DNA of 64,000 nucleotides from Antedon mediterranea (Eukaryota > Animalia > Echinodermata): the NCBI RefSeq assembly GCF_964355755.1, contig NC_092678.1:6960422-7024421 (forward strand). Direction: 5' to 3'. A program made the position numbers and the translations under genes. Of this stretch, positions 36,867 through 52,009 are shown one piece after another. The notes under the pieces were generated by a model that made no database searches, had not been told where the DNA came from, and saw nothing but the letters and a program-made list of their open reading frames with translations. How positions within the stretch are numbered: position 1 is the first letter of the stretch; each line of letters opens with the position of its first letter.

Positions 36867-39800
36867 TTAGGCGTCAAATATTATGCCATTTTGGTTAATT
36901 AATTGTCGTTGAAGGACGCATTTATTCGTAACCATTCTTAAATATTTTTCTTTCTTTATCTCGATAAGTTTCTTATATTCACTCGGCATTTTATGAGAGT
37001 TGTTAAATGAAAATCTGGATTTCCCATCATAGTGAAATTTAATTTTTCGTCCATCAGGTGCAATGCCAAATGGATAAAATCCATACAGTGATATCATATC
37101 GCAAAACTGCACGGCTGCAGTGTACAAATATAGGCCGGATGAAATTTTATCTTTTATGTTCCAGAAGCTGAAAAAAAAAATTGAGATGTTGTAGGCTTAT
37201 TCATATTCATATTCATTTATTATCCAGAAAAAATAATACAAAAACAATACAAAAAGCATATATAACATAGAACAACAACAAGCAGAGAAAAAGCGCAGAA
37301 CACTATCCTGGCGGATTGTCAAAAAGCAAAAAATATCGCTATAAAAGACTCTCCTGATAGTGCTGGTGGCAAAATAACATTAACAAGGATAAACATTTAA
37401 CAACCCGGTAACATAGAATTTATATAAAACAGAATAAAAATTGCAATCATTATAAATAAACATGTCTGTTATATATACCGGAATCTCATCCCACATCCGT
37501 GGAAATGAAATAAAAACAGAATAAAAAAAAGCATTAGTACGAGACTTCTCATGTCTGAAAACAAGTTTCTCACTTCTACGTTCAACAGGTTTAGGTAGCA
37601 AAGCACCATCAATTAGGAAATCTGTACAGAGGCACTTCACAACAAATTTAACACGGATGAATTTAAGTCTATTATAAATCGTGGGTAATTTTAGAGTCCG
37701 TAACCTTTGTTCGTATGACGGCCGCATGTCATAATCCATGTGAAAAAAACGTGGGAAGCATGATCGTGTAAAGCGTCTCTGAACAGATTCAATCTGATTG
37801 ATGGTGCTTTGCAGAAATGGAAACCAGACAGGTGAAGCGTATTCAATTACAGGCCTAATGATAGACTTAAATAATTTAGGAAAAACGGTCTGATCATTGG
37901 TTCTAACACACCTCTTAATAAATCCTACAAGTTTATTGCATTTACCAGTAGTCAGAGAGATGTGTTTATTCCACTTCAAATCTGAAGACAAGGTAACACC
38001 AAGATACTTGTATTCTGTTACACTTTCTAGTACTTTATTATCAATTTCATAATGAAAATACTGTTTTACTTTCGATCTAGAGATCGACATAACCTTACAT
38101 TTACTGTTATTTAGAGACATATAATTATCATTGCCCCATAGGGATATGGCAGTTAGATCGTCTTGAAGCTTCAAACAATCATCTTGATTATTTATTACTC
38201 TGAACAACACAGTATCATCTGCATATAATGCAATATTTGAGTTAACTACAATACTTTTGGCTTAAGCCAAACTACAATACTTTTTCATAATTTTCTAGGC
38301 CATGTCAATCGCAATTTTGAGTGGCGCAAGTTTTCTTAAGGAGACTGGCAAGCTTTCAAATACTAACAACTTAGACCTTCGCTTGAAATGAAATGCCTGC
38401 ATTTTTAGCTTGACTTGTCATTCCTATCCTTTCAAATCACTTTACGCCTAATGCATTGCATTTAGATACAGTTTTCTCATAAGAGAAAAAATAGTTCTAA
38501 CTCTGTCAGTAAGCTAGCCTCATCAGTAAACTACTACCCTGCTAATGTCTGGGCATCATCGTCAGACATTTACCCACACACCAAAATATAGACAACGTCA
38601 TCTCTTACCTTTGTAGATTATCCGCTAAACGTGTAAATGGATAAGCAATTGAAATATCCAAGTTTGCTGTGTCAAAATAATGAATAAGCTCAAAATGTTT
38701 AGTAGTGTGTGGTCTAGATTCCTTAGAAAACCACAAAATAACATTTTGAAACTCTCTTAATCTTTCCAAATTATACCTTGGATCACAGATACTATTATTT
38801 GTAATGCATCTTTGCAAAAATGCCATTGACTCCTCCTGATTGGCAGACATTATGTTCGTTTTGTGTCCAACATCATTTACAAATTCTTTTATAGGAGCCA
38901 TGTTTGATCTCATCACAAAGTCATGAGCGTCGATTTCAGAGCCACATCCACTGTTCAGAAGAATTCCCCCATTGCCGACTACTGCGCATGTGCGATGCCG
39001 AGAAATTGTCTTTCCTTTTTTGTGTAGATATTTGTAAAAATGAGTAGCCTTTCTGAATTGTAGCAAATTCGAATATTTTCCACGTTGAATAAAAGGTATT
39101 AAGACACTTGAATTGAATTCCTTCGTTTTTTGCCTGTGAGTAAAGTATAAATATATTATCCTTAGTACATTGTTCTTGGCTATATAATATAACAGATATT
39201 GCCTTTTATATCTTATATTTAACCTCTAAGCAGTCAATATCTGTATACACTTGAATTGAATTCCTTCGTTTTTTGCCTGTGAGTAAAGTATAAATATATT
39301 ATCCTTAGTAAATTCTTGCCATGTTGATGACAATGTTGAAATAATATTCGTCTAGGCCTATCCTTTATGTATTTTGTTAACGTAAAACTACTTTTTTTAC
39401 ATTTTACTTTTTTATTATTTGTTCTTCTTTCTAACAAACAATGCTAAGCGCAATTTGCAGGCTGACTATAACATTTACAATTAAAATTCAACAAAGGTAA
39501 AAAATAATGATTTAATTCAAAACACGTAAAAATTGAGAATGACTAGTTATAAATATCCAATGAATTGCTTGATAAAAGGCAGAAATTGTAAAACGACGAC
39601 GAAAGTTAACCGAAAACACAGTTTTTACAAACCTTAATACGACGACAAAATTATTATTAATTATTTAGGCAAAAGATTCAAATTAAACAAAAGACGGCGC
39701 AAGAAGAAAATATAAAATCGTTAAAACGAAAAAGAGGTTTACAACCAAGATTATGAAGAGGCAAATTAAGGTAAAAATACGAAGCAAGATCACAATCAAA

Positions 39801-40999
39801 CTTAGAAAAAACACATTTATATAGGAAAAATAATTAGGCTTGCTTGCACAGTCTTCTTGACATTCGGAGAAAACTACAAGAGCTTCTTGTTGAATTAAGC
39901 GTACGGAATAAAGACTTAATATTAAAGATTTTGGAAAGAGAGAGTGAGTTGGCCTATTGTGTAGAAATCAAAGGAAAGTTAGATTGGGCGAAAGGTAGAG
40001 GGCACTGCGCGTTTGGTGTGTGGGAGGAATCTGTTTGCAATCCGTACGCCACAACACAGCAACAGTCAACTGGCCTGTATGTAAAACTTGGTTTCCACAC
40101 GGACATATAACGCAAGGACGTTCGTAGACGCAATGCAAGCGGTAAAGAGTTCGTGTAATCCATCGCTTGTGATTGATTACTAATGCTTGGTTCACACTAG
40201 AGACGCAACACAACGACGTAACGCAACGTAAGGAATTTGACCAATCCCAAGCGATGGATTATTCGAACTGTCGCTTGTCATTGGTCAACTCGCTTGCGTT
40301 GCGTCTACGTCCTTTTGTTGCGTCCACGTGGGAACCAAGCTTCACTGGTGTTGCGCTTGCGTCGTTGCGTTGCGTCCTAGATGTGAAGCAAGCATAGTGG
40401 GGAACATTATTTTCTTAAAAAAACAACAAAACAGATAGAACAGAACTTTGTATTTATTAGACATCAGGGACACTTTCAGAGACTCAACCATCGAATCAAT
40501 CCAGATCCTACCGAAAGGCAATGCAATCCTCGATGCTAATAATAAACATTTTATTTTGAACAACAAACAGTATAATATTATATTGGTATATTTTGATATA
40601 TCCCATATATAATATAAGATAAACAAATGTTGGCAGGACCAACGTGGTAAATCAATATCATTGAAGGCAATTGGTTACAAATGGACAAACTTACCTTAAG
40701 TTGAAAACTTTGGTTAAATCAATGGTTTTACTAAATTCAGTATCAAGTAATTCCTTCAACGGCTCCTGAACAGTTGAGAACAATCTGTGAATAAAAAAAA
40801 AAACATATTGTATTTCTTAACAAGCAGTATTAAAGAAATAACTCAGGTACTAAAAATAATTATGTTTTACTAACCTTTGACAATACAGTATGTTTGTGTC
40901 TTTACTGCGTGTTGATAAAGATAGTAGAGAAAATGAAGTTACCAATATAGATAAGGTTGTTATAAACATAAACAAGATAAGCCTTTGACGTCTATGCAT
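36867..40999 (-). CDS. ST8Sia-like sialyltransferase, type A copy 3; exons 40999-40875, 40784-40695, 39133-38609, 37167-36867; 346 aa
   Basis: Intact spliced frame. The last intron carries a LINE insertion about 30 nt from the acceptor. Confidence 0.87.
37200..38258 (-). mobile_element. 5'-truncated CR1/L2-group LINE; open RT C-terminal ORF (to 37380); TSD GGCTTA
   Basis: [14 protein letters not shown]...N.M.LN..KCK, YKYLGV and [18 protein letters not shown] plus (TGAATA)n tail. GGCTTA at 37194-37199 and 38259-38264, with empty sites in A1 and A2. Confidence 0.93.
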
Positions 41000-41079
41000 G
41001 GCTGTCTATATAAATCAGATAATAAACATAATATAAAAATAATACGGTATTTATTATAATAGTACATTATTTACATTGA

Positions 41080-41111
<32 letters not shown>

Positions 41112-41115
<4 letters not shown>

Positions 41116-42991
41116 CGTGGTGAATTTAACGCAGACCATGAAAGCGAAAGGTGCTCGATACAAAATGTAGAGCCAAATATAAATAAATGAAAGACGCTAG
41201 TAAATTACCAACTGAACATTTTATTGCACTACAGGCTGTTTCATGAGTATGAACTCAATCTTCAGGTGCTTGGCTCTGAATGATAGTCACAAGTGAATAC
41301 AAAAAGCTATAATGAAGTCTTAAGGCAAACTGTTTATGTGAACAATAGTATGCTAAATAGCAAGTACAACACATCTCTATTTCCTGAACAGTCTATTGTT
41401 AACCAAATTCTTATTATCTAAATTACTGATACTTTAGTAGAAACTTTCTCCTATGTCTACATGCACTGACTAATTCGTTCCTATGGTTAAGTGAGCTGGT
41501 TTCAGGCTTGCATATAATAATTATAATACTTCTCTTGTAAGCATAGATTACACCGTTTGTTAACATTGGAATATTGTTTACACTTCTTTATTATTCGCCA
41601 TTTAATGTTATACTTTATGTTATCATCTTTTAGCTTCCAGATGTACTGGCTAAGCGTTGTGCTGTTTTTGTATTTAACATTACGGAATGAACTATTGTGT
41701 ACGTTATATCTGCATTTAAATGTGTTTTCGGTTAGTCCGACATATGTTTCAACTTTATCATCATCATTTGTTGTTACTGTAGCCTGATAAACAACACCAC
41801 TGGTTAGGCATTTCCCATCTAATGGGCATTCATTTCGACAGTTGCATTGCTTGATGTTATCACAGGGCATATCATTACGTAATACATTTTTGTTGTGGGC
41901 CGATATTACAGACCCTATATTAGGCATACAACTATAGCTGATTTTAATGGTTTTTCTATTAAATATTTTTCTTAGCTCATGGTTATGTGGAAAACATTCA
42001 TCTACAGTCTTTAAGAACTCGTGCCCTATTTTGGTTTTCACGTTGGCACTGTAAGGCGGGTTGAACCAGATGATATTTCTTTTCCTTGTCTTCTTCACGT
42101 TATTTTGCGCGCTGGTATTGGTCGGGTTGTACTTCAGATTGTGGTCGTATCCACTTTCATACAAGGCTTCTTGGTACGGTTTCTTTGATTCATTGAAAAC
42201 AGTTTCATTCGAAGAAATGTTTGATAATCTTTTGTTTATGCCTTCAGGATGTTCTTAATTATTGATGCTGGATGATTACTTTTGCAATGAACATAGCGTG
42301 GTTTATTGTTTTCCTTTAAATAAGGCTTATGGCTTCCATCGTTGAGATTAAGCGTTACATCTAGGTAGTTTATAATTTTCTTATTCGCTTCGATCGTTAT
42401 CTTTAGATTATGTTCTTTGAATGTGCAGCAGAGATCTTTTTTTATTTTTTCAATAACATGAGGAGTTTCATTAAATGCCGCGAGTCCGTCATCCCTGTAC
42501 AATCCTATGTTATTACCGTACTTGGGTTCCAGTTTGGCTAGCAGAAACAGACCTATTAACTCGCATGTTTCAGCACCGTCGTAGCTACCCATAGTAACAT
42601 CGAATGTGGTGTTCCTTTTGCACCAAGCTGTCTCGTCGTTGAATAGTAGTGTATTCTTGGCTTTGATTACTATTTCCCTTTCTTCCTCTGTAATATCGGT
42701 GAATTTTTTAGCAAAGTTGAGGGCTTCATTGAGAAGGTCCAAAGTTATCGAAGGATAAAATTCTGTTACATCAAAGCATATGAACAGATGATTTTCCTTA
42801 TCCCGGATGCCTTTAAACCATTCTATCATGTCGTTAGTATTCCTCCACTGGTTAAGCTTGGTCTTACGTGCGATATGTTTTTTAACTCTTTCTAGGATGT
42901 GTTTACTTATCTTTCCTATCTCTGATTTTGAGGGGTTAATTAGTCTGCAAGTCGGCTTGTTTACAAAATTTTCTTTATGGTCTTTCAGGGT

Positions 42992-42992
<1 letters not shown>
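41112..42992 (-). mobile_element. 5'-truncated Penelope-like retroelement (RT + GIY-YIG), uninterrupted copy
   Basis: Same element and breakpoints as in unit 2. It retains [13 protein letters not shown] and shares frameshifts near 42250 and 41520. Confidence 0.93.
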
Positions 42993-43077
<85 letters not shown>

Positions 43078-45926
43078 TATAAACACATCAGGCACAGAAC
43101 ATGAATTCTAAACCGCCCGGTGATATACTGAAATGTAATTATAATTAACTTGAAACAAAGATGAGGAAATCTGTACTGTGAGAATGAGAAAAAGTGTCCC
43201 CAACCGAGATTCGAACCCGGAACCTTCTGCTTTTGATATGCAGATGTCTTAACCATTAGACCACTGGGGATGTCATGGTATAGTTCAAAAGTATCAGGGA
43301 CAGGTTGTATAAAATGTTCAACAGATGCAATTATCAATAAGTCTGCTGAAAGATATTAAGAGACGACAATTGAAACGACCACGACTATAGGGCCTATTTT
43401 ATGTTATAGGCCTACCTTAGTTTAGTTTGCAGTTTATGGGCGCATGCTTTGTTTGAGCATGGAGGTACATGTACGTGGAAATAAAAACCAATTGAAGTTG
43501 ACCAACCCTCCCATTCAGGGATGATGAGTTCCGGGATGTCAAGTAGAGAAGCCCTTCATGGTCCCACACTGGCTAAGGGGGAAGCTTGATTATCTAATTG
43601 TATAATAATAATAATTTAAATATTTTGAATAATAACGTAGTTTTTTATTCTCAATTTTATATAAATCAAAAAGTTAAAATTAATAAATTAAACAGTGTAT
43701 AGCATGGTATAAACATGGATATCAAGTAGATCAGCAGTGAAGTCAACTGATACAATGTATTTGTCAATGACAGAAAACAGCTACAATAACACAACATACA
43801 CAATGGTGCTGACATTTATTGACTTTAAAAAGCATCACATGAGATACATAGAATATAAAAACATAACACCTAGATATATCTATAGAATCTAACATAAAAT
43901 ACCTGTATTTGATACCGTGATCAAAGCCTGCGTATAGGCTTAATAATAATTGAAAATATAGGCCTACCCTTATGTTATATTAGAAATGTGAATTAACGGG
44001 TTTTCTAAAAGCAAATAAATAAATAAAAAGCGTAATGTTGACAGAGGGGTATAAAAGGCATTCAAAATGCGTACTTACTGTTTTGAAGGAAACTTATAAC
44101 TTAAAACAAAATAAATACTCTGACAACGGTACGGTATTGAAATATTGTGCTGTGTTGAATCACAAAAATCACAACAAAATAAAGACAAAAGTAAGTCATG
44201 GAAGAGTGAAAAGTCATCGGAGCTAATACGATCCAGACAATTCTTATCGAACTCTCGTCATGCAAAAACACAAAGAGGGATTTAATGGCAGTATTATGCA
44301 ATGCACGTTACGGGTTTAGCTTTGCACTTGGCTTTTCTGAGCTGACACCGTAATAGAGGTCACCGGGTCAGATTTACCTGAAAGAACTTTAAACATGAAT
44401 ACACCTCATATTAATTCCTTTCAATTATTTTATTGATAAAGTCAATAGGTCAAAGGTCATTCAACCACTGAACTATCTGTGGGAGTGCACCCAGCTTTAT
44501 TATTTTTTATCTTTCTGGTTTTACGTTTTATTTCTATATTATTTGTACTTCATGGTACTTGAGAGGCCTTAATAAGTTAAAGGTCAAATGTCAAATGACA
44601 GGGTTCATGTTAACATTGAACATGATTGTCTTTTCGTTTGTGTAGAGAAATAGTAGAAAAAAAGATAGTAGAGACTACCAATTATACAATTCTTAATTTC
44701 AGTTGGACGAATATTTTCATACAGCTTAAATAAAACTGTTTAAATATTTCAAATTTTTATTTTTTATATAAATGCATTTAATAGTGACAATTATGAACAT
44801 TTCAAATTGCACTCGTGAAATACACGCGCATATGTTACTTTTCGTTTTTGTTCAAAATTTTTTCGTCAAAGCACGCACTTATTCGTAACCATTCTAAAGT
44901 ACCCATCCTTATTCATCTGTACAAGTTTCTTATATTCACTCGGCATATTATGTGTTATGTGTGCATATTACACCAAACTCTCACCCACAACTTTGTAGTG
45001 TGCAGTCTATTTACACTTAGAACTAATAACAACAATTAAAAATAATTATATATATATATATATATATTTTCCTGGGAAATTTTATGTAGGGGAATTTTAC
45101 AGTAGGCGGAGGTTTGTACTCTCGGAGTACCCTCTAGTTTAAAATGTATTTCTGTTTTGCGTGATTTGAACAATTTAGTCAATTTGAAATGGTGAGGATT
45201 TTTTTTTTGTCAGCCACCCCTATTAAGGAGGAACCTCTATTGTATTAAGAAGACACATGTTGTCTCGAAGGTGTCCCATTAAAAGGGGTCAAGGGTAGGC
45301 CTACTATAAGTATTCAACTTTCTATCAAAAGGTTTATATTACCGTAGGCTTAAATGTGCCTTAGGCCTACATTGTGTATTTACGAAATGTGTTCTAAGCT
45401 CAAACTAGTGTTTATTTACTAGGCATTATCCATTTTCAGTATTGACTGAGAATTTAAGAATATTGATATACCAAATTTTAATACTACGCCACTTTCGATT
45501 TTCGTAAATTTCTAACCGATTCGAGCCAAAGCTGTCAGTAGATACAGTCTAACCTACTATCGCAAGTCAGATACGTGTCTAGCTGTAATATATACTTCGA
45601 GTAAAGTATTTCATTGACAACGAGTGGGTCACACTTCCTAAATTACTTCTTAAAATGTTGATCTTTTTACACACAAAAACTCAAGTGCAATCAAGACAGC
45701 CGAAAAGAGAAAAGTAATGTAAGTTTTTTAAACTAAAAAGTGCTGGATAATTCAGCTTCGAAGATTGCATTTATTTGTAACCATTCTAAAGTACCCATCT
45801 TTATCTGTACAAGTTTCTTATATTAATCCGGTATATTATAAATTGTTTTAAACCCAAAGTGCAATCAAGAAAGCCGAAGGGAGAAAAGTAATGTACAGTT
45901 TTTAAAACTAAAATGTGCTGGATAAT

Positions 45927-48900
45927 TCAGCTTCGAAGATTGCATTTATTTGTAACCATCCTAAAGTACCCATCTTCATTCATCTGTACAAGTTTATTAT
46001 ATTCATCCGGTATATTATGAATTGTTTTAAACCCAAATTTAATTTCCGATGCATAGTGATATGAAAGGTTTCTTCCATCAGGTGCAATGCTGAAAGGATA
46101 AAATCCATACAGTGATATCATATCGCAATACGGTAAAGCTGCAGTGTACAAAAACAGTCCAGATGAAGGGCCATTGGTCAAGTTGAAAAACCTGCAGAAA
46201 AATACAATATTACTGTACTTTATAAATAATGTATGCCTAAATTTGGAATATTGTAATGAATTACTTAATAGTACATTTACTCCGCATATACAGAAAATGT
46301 AAAGAGAAAAATATCTTACCTTTGTATCGGGTTTGACAGGTATTTGAATGGATAAGCTAGTGATATATTCACCAAATTGTGTCTTGCAAAAAAATTTAGC
46401 ACCTCAAAATGCTCAAAAGGTGTAACGTCACGTACTTTAGAAAACCAAAGTATGGCATTTTTTAACTCTTTTAATCTTTGCAAACCATACGAAGAATTAC
46501 AGACGCCATTATATTTTCTCATGCAGGCCCGAAATTCTCTTCTTGCTGCGTTATTTACAGACATTATGCTCGTTTTGTTTCCAACATCATTTACAAATTC
46601 TTTTATAGGAGCCATGTTTGATCTCATCACAAAGTCATGAGCGTCGATTTCAGATCCACATCCACTGCTTCGAAGAATTCCGCCATTGCCGACTACTGCG
46701 CATGTGCGATGCCAAGAAAGTTTCTCTACTGCTCTGCCCTCAATATACTTGCCGTAATGTCTAACCTTTACCATCTGTTTCAAACTCGTATATTTAATTT
46801 GTTGATGAAGAGGTATTAAAATATTTGATGCAAAAATTTTAGCTTTGTCCCTATGACAAAAAAGATCGAAAAATGATGTTTGTTACAAGCATAAATTATT
46901 TATATTCAAATGTTTCAATTGTTCAGATTGCAATCAATTAATTGTGATAGGATATGACACAATACTTAAAATACATCATTTAAAAGGTTTAAACAGATAA
47001 AAAGTTAAACAAATACAGTTTTTTAAATCAATGTATTGTTGAGACAGTTGGATATAACAATACAGACATCGAAATCAATAACAAGTTTGATAAACAAGTA
47101 AGTTTAAAATATTATATAATAGTGTGTACCAAAGTTGGTGAAGAATGTCCTTGCTTTTTCCGTCTTAACTTCTGGTAAAGCAAAAGCAATCATCGATAGT
47201 GTCATCATCATCATCATTGTCGTCATTATTATTATTGATCAATATGATAATGGCCTGATGTGTGTAGACTTAATTCAAGTAAAAATGTTTTAGTGTCAAC
47301 GATTATATTATATAAGTCAATTATGCTCTCCAGGTAAAATCTTATCCTGAGATGAGTAGTTCATAGTAGTCACTACAGTTTTTTTTAAATACATTTTACT
47401 TTCTATGGACCTGAGAGATTCCAAAATAAAAGATTGAATGAATGAATGAATTATTAATATTACGAATTTAAAGAGAAATAAATGTATCCTTATTACTTTA
47501 CTAATTTTAAAATTCTTATTGCTCGTTGGTAACCAAATAAATATTATTATTATTATTGGTTTTTTTAAATTTACTTGCAATACTTTAGTAACTTTAATGT
47601 CCTCATAAAACCTAATATTTGCGCGCACACACACATACACACAAAACCTGTTCACCATGGCTGATATCAATCTTAAATCCAATTATCTTTCTACATATAT
47701 AAATTAAATGACAGGATAAGCAATGTGTTTTTTATTTTAATGTACAATGATTAATGGAGAAATAAATGTACCGGTACGTATTTTGCTATATCAGATATAC
47801 AAACCTAAACAAACTAAATAACACATTTTTGTCATTGAATTCAAGTAAGTACAGGCCTATTTAGATAAACTTATTATTATTCAAAGTAATCTTAAGTGGG
47901 ATCTTAATACTGTGGATATCGTTTCTTCGTGAGGTAATTTTCCGATTGATCGTAATCAAAACGATCCTGGGTGTGGTCTACTAGCTTTTCTGCTCCCAAC
48001 CAGTAGGCCTACATCCATTCATAGAAGCCTTAATGAAGTAAGCCTACCTGGTGGTGACCATAGAATGGTCCCGAGATAACGACTATACTTCGGCTTTAGT
48101 TGATAGAAGATTGAAAAAATTGTTAGAGATAGAGTATACGATGTTTGATTATGTATAGATGTGTGATTTGTTCTGTTATTCAAATGATGTTCTGCATAAG
48201 GAAACGAAAATCAATTAATTAAGTTATCGTAGATTGTATATTATGCGATAAATATTATGTTTGTTTTCGTTATGTATTCTTAACACTGCCAGAGGTTTTT
48301 TCAGTTAGAAACTGCCACCGCCAGCGTTTTTAGCTCAATTGCCCGATGTTTTTATTAAAGCTGATTGAAACTATGTGATCTAATTTATATGTAATTTAGA
48401 CTAAAATAATCATAAAGATTTTAGCTTTATTTGCCCTTACGTAAATTTATATATAGATGCTCTTTCAATTATTGGTATTCCCTCACTTGAGGAAAGAAGG
48501 GATCTACCTACACTTGCTTTTGGCAATAGTTTGCTGAAATATGATGAATTCAGAGATATGCTCTCCCCGTATTACAAACCCTCGAGTTTAAAGACTGAGA
48601 GATATAGAAAGTTCAGATTTTAATTAAGCATCATACTGTATTTGATAAATATAAAAATAAATAAATAAACTTACCGTAAGTCGAATAACTTGGCTAAATC
48701 AATGGTTTTATTAAATTCAGTTTCAAGTAATTCCTTCATGGTTCTCCTCGGCGGCTCACCAGTTACAAACGACCTGTGAATACAAACTTGATAACATAAT
48801 ATTGACTAAAGCAATCTAGTAGGCACGTTTCCAATTAAAGTACAAATGCATTCGATTCTATAAAGGTAACTTACTCACTATTAACATTATCTGCCCCTAG

Positions 48901-50035
48901 ACCAGTGTAGTAGATATAGGACAATCACTTATAAGGTCCCAACTTGGAAAAATGAAGTATTGGGAGACTATATGAAAGCATGACCAAGCAAAAAGTGTGT
49001 GGTATATTTAAACAAGAAATATTTCTTACAAAAACGCTGCTAGCTTATTGAAAAATATTTTTTATTTCAAATGTTTTTGAATGTGTCATTTTATTGTCAC
49101 ATAGGCCGAATAGTTATTTTAGATGAAAAAATGTAATTTAAAGCAACAAATACTTAAATTGTCTGTCAGACAATGGTTTTTGGGTTTCTGTTATATGTGA
49201 ATAAATATTATTTTTTGTTACAGAAGTGAATAATCAATTTCTGTCACTAGTTAATTTTATTGCTAAGGTCAAGTCTGGGGGTCGCTTCATCCCCATAGAT
49301 ATTTCAAGTGGGAAGTATCCTATTACAAACACAAACTTTAATGGACTGTTTCGATAATAATTCAATGAATATCTGACAGTGAATTACAGTCAAAAGTCAG
49401 TATTACAGTCAAATGGGACTCACAAATACCAGAAATGCTTTGGGATTTGTAATTTTAGCATGACATGTCCTAATAGACTCTTTTCCCAGACGTTTTTTGG
49501 GTCTAGCAGCTGGAAATCTATAAATTATAGTGGAGTTTCCATTTTCGCAAAATTGTAGCGGGCTAGAGCAGCAGCGTGAAAAAATTCAATCAAGCATAAT
49601 TTTATAAATACACAACGATACAAACAATGGGTACTATACACAGGCCTAGATGGCAGGTACCATAAGAGTGGAATATGCCGCGTGTGTGCATTGTGTTGGC
49701 GATGTAATTTTTGACCTACTGTAGTGCCAGGGTTGTATGTAACTCACAACACTTTACTTCATTCCCTAAGTCTCAAATGAGACAAGCACAATAAAATAGT
49801 TTATCCAGCCATAATCGAGTTAATCGCTGTTGGATGCGTAAGAAATAAACAAAATTACAATGAGCTCATAATTAAAAAGATCTTTATTAATCAGATTTGT
49901 TTTTACTAACCTTGAGAAATACGTTCTGTCTATGTATTTACGTTTTTTGGATAAATGTAATAGGGTGAATGTAGTTGCCAATATGGAAAAACTTGTTAGA
50001 AACGTTAACAAGGTGATCGTCCGTTGTCTAAACAT
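45927..50035 (-). CDS. ST8Sia-like sialyltransferase, type B copy 3; exons 50035-49911, 48773-48675, 46850-46320, 46191-45927; 339 aa
   Basis: Intact spliced frame with all sialylmotifs and an in-frame 3-nt deletion in exon 1. Confidence 0.88.
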
Positions 50036-50328
50036 ATCGAAGTTATCAGACTTCTATAAAATTAGATAAATAACATATTCTTATATAATTTATTGTAGAA
50101 AACATAGTAATGATTACTGACATTTTTATCCTAGGTACAAAACCCGATAAAAATACATACCAAAAAAAAAACCAATACTAAACTATGTAAGAAGGTTAAA
50201 AACAGTAAAAACTGAACTATATACTATGATTAAGTTAAGATTTTAATATACAGAACACTATCGTTTAAATTGCTCAATAAATAGCATAATTGCACATAGA
50301 AAGAATTTGCCATTAATTGTACATTGTA

Positions 50329-51112
50329 GTTTTTAGTCGCGTGGACGCGACTCTATAGTTCACTATGTCGGTCGGTCGGTCTGTCTGTCGGTCTGTCTGT
50401 CGGTCCGGTATTACTATGCGTTTTATCGCTTTTCTGTACTTTTTGAACTGTTTTGATGTCAACATGTGGGCATTTACGTGAAATTGTGCACCTCCTATTG
50501 TGAATGACGTTAGAGCTGCGCAACGTGATTTACGCACGATTTAACGATTTTCTCGTATTTAACATAGGTCAAAAACCAAATAACATTTTAAATTGAAACT
50601 TTGCAAAATTTTAATTTATATCCGGTGCTAACTTTCTGTTGAAAAAAAAAAGTGGGCTTTACACAAAGTTACGCGCGCACGCGCATTAAAAATTTTAAAA
50701 TGCACAAAATTAATTTTTAATCAACTTTCTACGCGTTTCTTGTCATTTTGAGCATGTCAAAAATTCCCATACGCGCTAATTTTTACGCGCGCGGTGCGCA
50801 CGTAGCGTTAAATACATACTTTTTTCGCGTGATTTATGTTTTTGCAGCCTTTTCTAATAATTTTACCAACTTTTAAACAATTTCGACTTAAAATTACGTC
50901 ATACGAGCACGTCGAATTGGATAATTTGCGCACGTTTTTGATGAAAAAGTTCAAAAATTCGTCAAAATTATGCCTTTTTAGTCGCGTGGACATGACTCTA
51001 TAGTTCACTATGTCGGTTGGTCTGTCTGTCGGTCTGTCTGTCGGTCTGTCTGTTGGCGGTCCGGTATCACTATGCATTGTAGCACGCGACTTAATGGCTG
51101 TTGGCCTTGTTT
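50329..51112 (+). mobile_element. Tandem/nested DINE-1/HINE-like elements
   Basis: TTTTTAGTCGCGTGGAC.CGACTCTATAG heads at 50330 and 50975, (GTCK)n, and a 3' CACGCGACT. Inserted in the T-run that is empty at ~11495. Confidence 0.7.
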
Positions 51113-51809
51113 CTCTATATAGTCTTATCGCAGATCTCATGAATAGACTGCTACCTTCATAGCCATTTTATTATTCTCTGTAATTTATTTAAATTAGATA
51201 AGCTATTTAACCCCACGATGCAGCAAAAACGGAATATGGACTGTATCATTGCCTGGTGAAAAAGTAAAGATGCACTGTCTCTTTTTTACCAGGCAATGAT
51301 ACATTTAATGGTATGGATCCGATGATAAATACAATGTGGAACGCGTGAAAGATATAATATCATGATCTTCCGAAAGCATTTAACGAAGGGAAGAAACTGT
51401 ATTTCGAAGAGATGAATTTCGAAGAGGTGAACATATTAATGATGTTCTTGAGAAAGAACAATCTAGATTCTAGGGCATTTGATAAGGTACTTCAAACTGT
51501 TTAAGTTGGTAGCTGGAAAAAGATGAAGAAGACTGTTAAACAAACCTAGAAAACCAAACATCAGAGTGGGTTATGAAAAATTCTTACAATGAACCAATGG
51601 GGTAAGGCAGGATTAGTTACGTGTTTCTGTTTTTTTTTTGTATTTATATTGATCCACCTGGAATATCTAGTACTTAGGAACACAAATGAGACAGGAGGAA
51701 CATATGGAAGCTACAAAAGTAGACCATACAATCCTTCAATTTTTAACCTTTAGACGTAATGCCTTAATGTTTAACTTGAAATGTCAATTTTAAAACTCAT
51801 GGTCAAGCC

Positions 51810-51960
51810 ATTTTGGCCCTGATCTTAACAAATCTTGACAACTATGTTTTTGCTCCGTCTGCTCTTGCACCTCTTAGATTTAGCGACCATCGTTCCGTGT
51901 TGTGGAAGCTTATGCTCAGAGTGCTAAAAAATGATGTAAGGAAGATTAAAGTCCGCCTGT
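51810..51960 (+). mobile_element. LINE AP-endonuclease fragment
   Basis: LILTNLDNY..P...APL..SDH..VLWK resembles the end of the LINE APE domain. Confidence 0.5.
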
Positions 51961-52009
51961 TATATCCGAATAGAATTTTTCGGACTAATTATATTTAAAA
52001 GTCGTATTC

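Larger units (their letters stand above)
36252..51230. repeat. Tandem segmental duplication unit 3 (A3+B3), partial
   Basis: Colinear until GATGCAGCAAAAAC at ~51230 (equivalent to ~11608), then unique sequence. Confidence 0.92.
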
